DNA of 64,000 nt, taken from positions 7,094 through 71,093 of the forward strand of contig JBNKTL010000005.1 of assembly GCA_050298055.1 (NCBI GenBank), written 5' to 3'. Every line of letters starts with the position of its first letter. Within the stretch, counting starts at the first letter, position 1. A model generated the notes under the pieces. That model searched no databases. It had not been told where the DNA came from and worked only from the letters and a program-made list of their open reading frames with translations. This document shows positions 57,682-64,000 of the stretch, piece after piece. This DNA is from Spirochaetota bacterium (GTDB taxonomy: Bacteria > Spirochaetota > UBA4802 > UBA5550). A program made the translations under genes and the position numbers.

Positions 57682-58128
57682 ATGAAACTTAAACTTAAAA
57701 ATTTATCAATAGGTAAAATTAACGGAGTCTTAATTACTGCAGTTCTTTCGATCCTCGTTGTCTGGTCCATTCAGAAAGGAGTCCTGAGTTCAGCAAGCAG
57801 TGCGGAAGTGAAGAAACATGCATCGGTTTATTTTCCCGTTAAGTCCCACGATTTTGGAAAGGTTACCGGCGCTAAAACAGTCAGTCATAAATTTATTTTT
57901 TATAACAGGGGAGGAGATATTCTTCTGATAAAGAAGATCACCGCGGGATGAGGATGCACTGCTGCTCTTTTAACAGAAAAGAGCATACCTGCCGGGGGCA
58001 GAGGAGAACTTAAGATAAGCCTGAATACAAAAGGGCACAGGGGCAGGATTTCAAGGACTATAAAAGTCTATACCAATGATCCGGAGAAACCTGTGATACG
58101 TATCAGTATATCGGCCCTGTCGGGATAA
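57682..58128 (+). CDS. Probable selenoprotein, DUF1573-like Ig fold (148 aa, Sec at TGA 57949-57951)
   Basis: HDFGKV..HKFIFYNRG..LLIKKITAG-TGA-GCTAA..IPAGGRGELKI..T.G..GRISRTIKVYTNDP; in-frame continuation matches the DUF1573 xCGCT pattern. Confidence 0.85.
57963..57985 (+). promoter_or_regulatory. Candidate bacterial SECIS hairpin
   Basis: TGCTCTTTT-AACAG-AAAAGAGCA, perfect 9-bp stem starting 11 nt after the TGA. Confidence 0.65.
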
Positions 58129-58180
58129 TCCAACAAACTGAATTTTAAAATTTCCCTTGTTATTTATAGGATCAAAGAGA

Positions 58181-59053
58181 ATGGATATACAACTGAAGGG
58201 TCCAAAACTCTCCAGGTTTAAAATAAAAACCCTTATCTATTTCAAAGCGCTGGCTGTCTTTTTGTTGACATTTCTCATTCTTTTTCTGCTCATAAAAGGG
58301 ATTCGAAGCTTCTCAGAGTATCGAGAGTGGAAACACGCAGTTAAAACTATCCCAGAAAAAGAGATCAGAAAACTTGAAATGGTAAAGAAACAGTTCAGCT
58401 ATGAACAGGTGATCCAGACATGGTATGTCCCCCCGTATAAGGAATGGTTGAAACCGATTAACTGGCTGATCTATTCGGAAAACTGCATATTATGTGGAAA
58501 ACTCAATGTCATGAAGTTTGTGGGAATGATCCCGGGGGAGTGGACAGTTAAGGATTTCAAAAAAAAACTGGAAGGATTTGATTTTGCAAATGAATGGGCA
58601 CTTCACACGGGAAAGTATCCCATAACTGACAGGATTTTGTCTGATGTAAGCAGAAGGCTAACCGGGAACAGGTCCATTAAGTACAGGTGGTATTCCATTA
58701 AAAACCTGGATGAACTCATTTACCTGGCAAGGAGAGGGCACCATGTCTTTATCTATACGCAGGTCTGGCTGGGGCCGTCAAAGAAATACCCGAAAGCAGT
58801 AAAGTATCTTGGAAAGAACTATTCACATGCGTGCACAATTACCGGAATTAAATCCTATGATCCCGTGGAGGATATCATCGAGTTTTCCGTAAATGAGACC
58901 CTGCCCGCCACGGAATTCACATACACACCGGTATACAGTAAGCTTAAAAAAAAGGATGGATGTAATCTCTTTGACAGACAGAGTGTTCCCTATATAATTC
59001 CCTCGGGAGATTTAGCACGATCAGGATATGTTATCAGGGTTGAGGATGAGTAA
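58181..59053 (+). CDS. Membrane-anchored protein, possible papain-like/C39-type Cys peptidase
   Basis: TM anchor; SENCILC ... YSHACTITG ... VNET in Cys-His-Asn order; start uncertain (58157 or 58181). Confidence 0.45.
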   Translation: MDIQLKGPKLSRFKIKTLIYFKALAVFLLTFLILFLLIKGIRSFSEYREWKHAVKTIPEKEIRKLEMVKKQFSYEQVIQTWYVPPYKEWLKPINWLIYSENCILCGKLNVMKFVGMIPGEWTVKDFKKKLEGFDFANEWALHTGKYPITDRILSDVSRRLTGNRSIKYRWYSIKNLDELIYLARRGHHVFIYTQVWLGPSKKYPKAVKYLGKNYSHACTITGIKSYDPVEDIIEFSVNETLPATEFTYTPVYSKLKKKDGCNLFDRQSVPYIIPSGDLARSGYVIRVEDE

Positions 59054-59073
59054 AGACCCATAAAGGAGAAGTA

Positions 59074-60624
59074 ATGAGAAATCTGTTAATTATATTTACC
59101 GGTGTTATACTCTGTCTTGCTGCCTGCAAGAAAGGAGGAACAACTGCCGGGACTGCCGATTATAAAGATGCCACAGAAGCGGATCTGCCGCTGACACTAA
59201 TTACCGAGACAAAGGTCATAAAGGGATATAATGAGAAGTCAACCCCCGATAAATATGACAGGGTCGGATATAACAGGTATTATCTCAAGGGCCAGTCCAA
59301 CAGCAGGATGCCCATACTGATCATCGTATCAGGTTATGTTGTGGATACCACATGGTTTAACAGGATGGCCAGGGACCTTGTTGCGCGAAAGAATGTTGAG
59401 GTCTGGACCATTAACAGGAGGGAGTCCCTCGTAGAGAACAGGGCGGCCCTTGATAAGGATATTAACGACTTCATGGCACATCCGGGAAAGAGGAAACAGC
59501 TTATCAGAAAGATGAACAGAACATCCAACTACCTCAAGGGGAAGGATGAGTATATCAGGAACTGGGGCTTCACTGTCTTTATGAATGATATTAAGGCTGT
59601 TGTTAACGAAGCAAAAAAACTGAGCCGCAACATATTCCTGGGAGGATGGTCTGACGGTGTGGAATACTGCATGATATATGCAAACTACAGGTTCACAAGC
59701 GGTTTCGGTTCCGGGGACCTCAGGGGACTGGTTTTCCTGGATGAAAATCCCGAGTGGGGAAATCTCTCGGGGAAGGAAGAGGAACTTAAGAAAAAGATAG
59801 AGAGGCAGATAAAACTAATGGAGGGAGGACATCTCTACATGAACTACTATCCCTCCCTTGCCGTGCATACCCTTGCCATGGAACTTGCTTCCAGGGCCCC
59901 CGGCGGGAAAAGTCCCCTGGCAGAGTATTTTAAACTCCCTGAAGCTGTAATGAAATCCGGGATAACCAACCGGGGACTCATCGGATGGCTCTATGATAAG
60001 GATGTTACAAATTACGGTAAGAACGTCAGGGGGGGCTTTGCGTATCTTTTAAGATCGGGTGACCTTGAGGTTCCTGAAATGCAGGACAATAACGGCCATG
60101 AAGAAAAGAGTGAAGAGAAAACTGACGGACCTGATAAAAATGAAAAAAACCCCGGAAAAGAGAAGAGTGAAAATACCGGCGGTCTCTGCAGGTGGAAATC
60201 GTTCAAAGAAACGGGGGAAGTTACGGATATTAACCTGATGATCAGCAGGTACAGGTCTACGGGAAATTACTGGGAATATTTTTATCCGCGAAAAGTACTC
60301 CTGGATTATTTCCAGATGGGCCTGTGTGACTTTGAGTGTCCCGGTTTCAATGTTTTTGCCAATAAGGAGAACAGTCTGCCTGTTTACTATATTTTAACCG
60401 GAACGAACAATGTGGGTAAAGGTATCCCTTCGGGACTGAAATGGTATTTGGAAAAAAGCAGTATCAAGATTGAACAGGTTGTTTTTAACAGGCTTTATGA
60501 TTACGCCCATGGGGATATCTATTTCGCAGAGAATGCTCCGGCAAAGATTTACCGGCCTCTCTATGAGTGGCTGCTAAAAACTTCCGGTCTAAAGAATCCG
60601 GATAAAAAAGAGAGGAATAAATAA
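59074..60624 (+). CDS. Alpha/beta-hydrolase fold lipoprotein
   Basis: LAAC lipobox; GWSDG nucleophile elbow; C-terminal YAHGD; AGGAG RBS. Confidence 0.75.
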   Translation: MRNLLIIFTGVILCLAACKKGGTTAGTADYKDATEADLPLTLITETKVIKGYNEKSTPDKYDRVGYNRYYLKGQSNSRMPILIIVSGYVVDTTWFNRMARDLVARKNVEVWTINRRESLVENRAALDKDINDFMAHPGKRKQLIRKMNRTSNYLKGKDEYIRNWGFTVFMNDIKAVVNEAKKLSRNIFLGGWSDGVEYCMIYANYRFTSGFGSGDLRGLVFLDENPEWGNLSGKEEELKKKIERQIKLMEGGHLYMNYYPSLAVHTLAMELASRAPGGKSPLAEYFKLPEAVMKSGITNRGLIGWLYDKDVTNYGKNVRGGFAYLLRSGDLEVPEMQDNNGHEEKSEEKTDGPDKNEKNPGKEKSENTGGLCRWKSFKETGEVTDINLMISRYRSTGNYWEYFYPRKVLLDYFQMGLCDFECPGFNVFANKENSLPVYYILTGTNNVGKGIPSGLKWYLEKSSIKIEQVVFNRLYDYAHGDIYFAENAPAKIYRPLYEWLLKTSGLKNPDKKERNK

Positions 60625-61490
60625 TGACACCTCCTGATCATCTCGTCATTGGATTTTCCCTGGCCAATGTTTTTTACAGTATACTGATCATACTGAGGAA
60701 GCGATGGTTTGGATATTTTTTTCTCCTGCTCCTTTTCGGTATTGTATCGGTCTCCCCTGATATCGATTCCTTCTTTGGTAACTATACGTCAATAGATCCA
60801 TGGATCGGACACAGGGGTGTAACGCACTCGCTTATTGGCGTGTTTGTTCTCGGTCTCGGGCTTACTCTTGTTTTTTCATTTCTTGCCCTGGTTGTCAGGT
60901 TGATAGGGGGTTACTGGAGATATCTCGTTCACTTCTTTACAAACAGGACGCCCGGTGAAAGAAGCGGCTTTATTCTGTGGAAATATCTTCTCGAGCCGTT
61001 TTGTTTCAAAAGGCTCCTTCTCCTCTTTGCCGGCACATTTGTTGTGGGATATTCCCATCTCCTGGTAGATATGGTACAGCCGCCCAGTGTATGGAAGGGT
61101 GTCCCCCTCTTTTTCCCTGTAAAGGTTAATGGGGAGTATCTGAGAAGCGGCGGATGGAACCTGATTGGCTGGTACGATCTCAAAATATCTCTGGTTCTTA
61201 TCGCATCTTTTGTGGGCACCATACCGGTTGTATTCCTCGGGAAACTGTTCGACTTTGCCCGGCTGAAGTATGTGGCCGCACCTCTCCTTGTCCTGGTGAT
61301 TCTCTTTAACACAGGTGTTTATATCTGGATAGGGAGCTATATATCCTCCAATAATTATTCGGGGAATGCCGACTGGTACAGGTATCAGATGAAAATTGTC
61401 GATACCTTCCCGTCACCAATAAAAGAAACAACACTGAAAGGGAAAACTATTTTTCTTACTCTTTTCAGGCAGATGAGGAAAAAGAAGTAA
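60624..61490 (+). CDS. Membrane metal-dependent hydrolase (YdjM/LexA-binding family)
   Basis: N-terminal His, SPDID, HRGVTHS, SHLLVD; ATG overlaps the upstream stop codon. Confidence 0.8.
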   Translation: MTPPDHLVIGFSLANVFYSILIILRKRWFGYFFLLLLFGIVSVSPDIDSFFGNYTSIDPWIGHRGVTHSLIGVFVLGLGLTLVFSFLALVVRLIGGYWRYLVHFFTNRTPGERSGFILWKYLLEPFCFKRLLLLFAGTFVVGYSHLLVDMVQPPSVWKGVPLFFPVKVNGEYLRSGGWNLIGWYDLKISLVLIASFVGTIPVVFLGKLFDFARLKYVAAPLLVLVILFNTGVYIWIGSYISSNNYSGNADWYRYQMKIVDTFPSPIKETTLKGKTIFLTLFRQMRKKK

Positions 61491-62273
61491 TCAGAACCTC
61501 AGTTTTACCCCTGTATTAATTATCCCTTTGTTTTCACTTCCCTCTATTCCGACATTTTTACCAGCTTCGAGGATATCATTGATTCTGCTTTTATTCTTCA
61601 AGTAGCTGTATCCGTAATATCCGGCCGCAGGATAACCGATTGCTGCTGATACGATGCATAAAATAACGATAACAGTACTTATCAATCCAAACTGGAGGAC
61701 CGCATAAAAAAGATATCCGATACCCAGGGAGATTGTGCTGCTTGCAGAGTAAAACATGAAGTTATACCTGTTAGAGAGGATGTTCTCCTTTTCAAAGTAT
61801 TTATATTTTATGAGGTATTCCGGGGGAAGAAAGTCAACATCTTCTTTTGTTCCGGTATCGAGCTGGAAACTTCCGGTAATGGGATAGTTCATATAACTGA
61901 AATATCGTGAATTAACCGGTTTGTTGTTAAACATTCTCTCAATTGTATAGGTATAACCGCTGTTTTCAAGAGTCTGAGGAAGCCGGACGGAATAAAATTC
62001 CCCGTAATAGAGTTTCGGTGCTATGATGAATTTCTGGGGAGATGCCTGCCTATTCTCCTTTTTCTTCAGGGTGATTCTGTATTTTGTCTCTTTCCCATCT
62101 TTATATCCGTAAATATCTTTCCATATAAAGGATGGGCGATTGTTGCTAATACTGTCACAGGGATAAAGCAACGGTTTAACGGGGCTCCTCGATTCTGCAT
62201 AAATAGAGGAATAGATGAAGATACATGAAACCGTTATAGATGTGTATATTCGATATCTTATCATCTGGATCAA
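61491..62273 (-). CDS. Hypothetical exported/membrane protein
   Basis: 260 aa ORF; signal-like N-terminus, two C-terminal hydrophobic segments. Confidence 0.6.
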   Translation of the reverse strand: MIQMIRYRIYTSITVSCIFIYSSIYAESRSPVKPLLYPCDSISNNRPSFIWKDIYGYKDGKETKYRITLKKKENRQASPQKFIIAPKLYYGEFYSVRLPQTLENSGYTYTIERMFNNKPVNSRYFSYMNYPITGSFQLDTGTKEDVDFLPPEYLIKYKYFEKENILSNRYNFMFYSASSTISLGIGYLFYAVLQFGLISTVIVILCIVSAAIGYPAAGYYGYSYLKNKSRINDILEAGKNVGIEGSENKGIINTGVKLRF

Positions 62274-62354
62274 ATAAAAGTCGAGCTGGAGTTAGTCTGT
62301 TTTAATGAGAGCGATTGTCAAGAGAGTTTTCCGGTTTGGGCCCAGTTATTTGAA

Positions 62355-62512
62355 AGGGTCAGAGCATATAGGAAAAAAGCAGATGCAATTATGTCATCTG
62401 GATATATAATTTATCAGAAAAATGCATTATTTTACAATAGATGCTGCTCTGTCCCCTATATTTTTGTTCTAGAGGGTCAGAGCATAGTTTATTTCACAAT
62501 TGCTCCTGACCC
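62355..62512. repeat. REP-like family C: two inverted pairs of GGGTCAGAGCA
   Basis: AGGGTCAGAGCATA at 62355 and 62473; TGCTCTGTCCCCT at 62445; TGCTCCTGACCC at 62501; related GCTCTGACCCC at 6166. Confidence 0.6.
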
Positions 62513-62698
62513 ATAAATATGATTTATACTAACTTGACAAATTGTGGTATGTATAAATTTATTGAACAATCCTTATAATCATTTAAAGAAACAACAGAGT
62601 AACATTTAGCAAAAGTTAAAGACAGATTGTTTAAGTCTTTTAAAAACAATTGTTGAAAACAGAATTAATTTTGTTTAACCTTCAAAGGAGTATAGATT

Positions 62699-63760
62699 AT
62701 GAAAATGCCGAATATTCCCCGGTTAATTTTCTGGGAACTGACAAAGAGATGCAACCTTTCCTGTATACACTGCCGTGCTGAAGCTGAGGATAACGAGTTC
62801 TACGGAGAACTTGAATTTGAACAGATAAAAAAAGTCATTGATGATATCTCCGAAGTTTCCAAACCGATACTTGTTCTCACAGGTGGCGAACCCCTTTATA
62901 GAAATGATATATTCGATATTGCTCGCTATGCATCAAGTCGTGATTTTCGTGTTGCCCTGGCAACTAATGGAACACTTGTAAACGAAGAAACTGCTAAAAA
63001 AATTAAGGATGCGGGTATTCTCAGGGCCAGTATCTCCCTGGATGGCTGGGATGCGGAATCTCATGATAGTTTCAGAGCAGTGGAGGGGAGTTTTGAAAAT
63101 GCTTTGAAGGGAACTCATTATTTAAAAGATGCCGGTGTTGAATTTCAATTCAATACAACTATCACAAAAAGAAATGTAGACCGAATGGAAGATATACTGA
63201 AGCTTGCTGAAAAAGAAGGTGCAGCGGCACTACACCTTTTCATGCTTGTGCCTGTAGGTTGCGGTGTAGAAATTGCCGAAACAGATATGATCTCCAGTGA
63301 AAAATATGAGGAGGCACTCAACTGGTTATATAATAAATCGAAAGAAGTTAAGATGGAATTCAAAGCAACATGCGCGCCTCATTATTACAGAATTATCAGG
63401 CAAAGAGCAAAGGGAGAGGGGAGAAAACTCAACTTCGAAGAGGATGGAATGGCTGCCATGACAAGGGGATGTCTTGCAGGTAGCGGTGTTTGTTTTATCT
63501 CTCATAGTGGTGATGTCCAACCATGCGGATATCTCCCAATATCAGCAGGGAATGTGCTGGAAACGCCATTCGAGAAGATCTGGGAAGAATCGGAGCTTTT
63601 CCAGTCACTGAGAGATGTTCACCAGCTTAAGGGTAAATGTGGTGACTGTGAGTACAGAATGGCCTGTGGGGGCTGCCGGGCAAGGGCATACTATTCGGAA
63701 AAAGATTATCTGGGGGAGGAACCTTACTGTATGTATGAGCCCAGGAAAAGAACCGATTAA
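62699..63760 (+). CDS. ahbD: Radical SAM/SPASM heme b synthase (coproheme decarboxylase)
   Basis: WELTKRCNLSCIHCRA, LTGGEP, LVPVGCG, TCAPHYYRI.RQ, TRGCLAG..CFISH.G.VQPCGYL; AGGAG RBS. Confidence 0.78.
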   Translation: MKMPNIPRLIFWELTKRCNLSCIHCRAEAEDNEFYGELEFEQIKKVIDDISEVSKPILVLTGGEPLYRNDIFDIARYASSRDFRVALATNGTLVNEETAKKIKDAGILRASISLDGWDAESHDSFRAVEGSFENALKGTHYLKDAGVEFQFNTTITKRNVDRMEDILKLAEKEGAAALHLFMLVPVGCGVEIAETDMISSEKYEEALNWLYNKSKEVKMEFKATCAPHYYRIIRQRAKGEGRKLNFEEDGMAAMTRGCLAGSGVCFISHSGDVQPCGYLPISAGNVLETPFEKIWEESELFQSLRDVHQLKGKCGDCEYRMACGGCRARAYYSEKDYLGEEPYCMYEPRKRTD

Positions 63761-64000
63761 TACGTTATAAAAAAAATCAAAAACAAATGACAAGCTAATA
63801 ATAGTAATTTAGTGAAAATTATTTATGAGAAGTTTTTATTGTTATCATTACTTTTCATCATGTTAATAAATTATTGATAATCTCTTTCTATAGGCTTCTT
63901 CATAATAAAGAAACCTGTTAATTCTTTCTTTAAATGTTGATCCAAGTTGTAGAAAAAAATCATGTTGTGTTATTTTCAGTGGAGATTTATACGTTTCGTT

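Noticed and set aside
63761..64000. AT-rich tail of the window
   Set aside because: Only very short ORFs and no recognisable structure; cannot be interpreted without the next window.

Overview
A 64-kb bacterial chromosomal window, probably from an anaerobic Spirochaetota-like organism. This is inferred from the CheX, tandem-cNMP Crp-like, OmpL37-like and lipoprotein genes and was not tested. The left half holds mixed housekeeping, envelope and signalling genes: mtnP, telA, DJ-1, HtrA, an amidase, glycerate kinase, a Na+/solute symporter, cheX, OMPs, mlaD, radA and an M23 peptidase. It also has a short AT-rich islet and a 1896-aa SprA-like outer-membrane protein with no other T9SS genes nearby. 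The right half is a redox-cofactor cluster: selC-selA-hemerythrin-selB, a divergent NuoE/NuoF/short-NuoG (HydCB/HylA-like) module with no catalytic subunit, ccmABCDEF (CxxxY-type CcmE), a CcsA/HemX-like gene, hemACDBL, a NrfJ-like lipoprotein and ahbD. Four items are missed or truncated by the ORF track. (i) A probable exported selenoprotein of DUF1573 type (57682..58128), with an in-frame TGA in a U-G-C motif and a 9-bp hairpin 11 nt downstream. (ii) A tRNA-Sec with a non-canonical 12-bp acceptor/T branch (7/5 plus a bulged A). (iii) A 58-aa Cys/His-rich small protein. (iv) A six-copy MITE-like family with terminal inverted repeats, an exact 8-bp target-site duplication in one copy and a central GC hairpin showing covariation. 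Several other REP-like repeats are present. No CRISPR array, rRNA or transposase was seen. All family assignments come from motif recognition by eye, not database searches.
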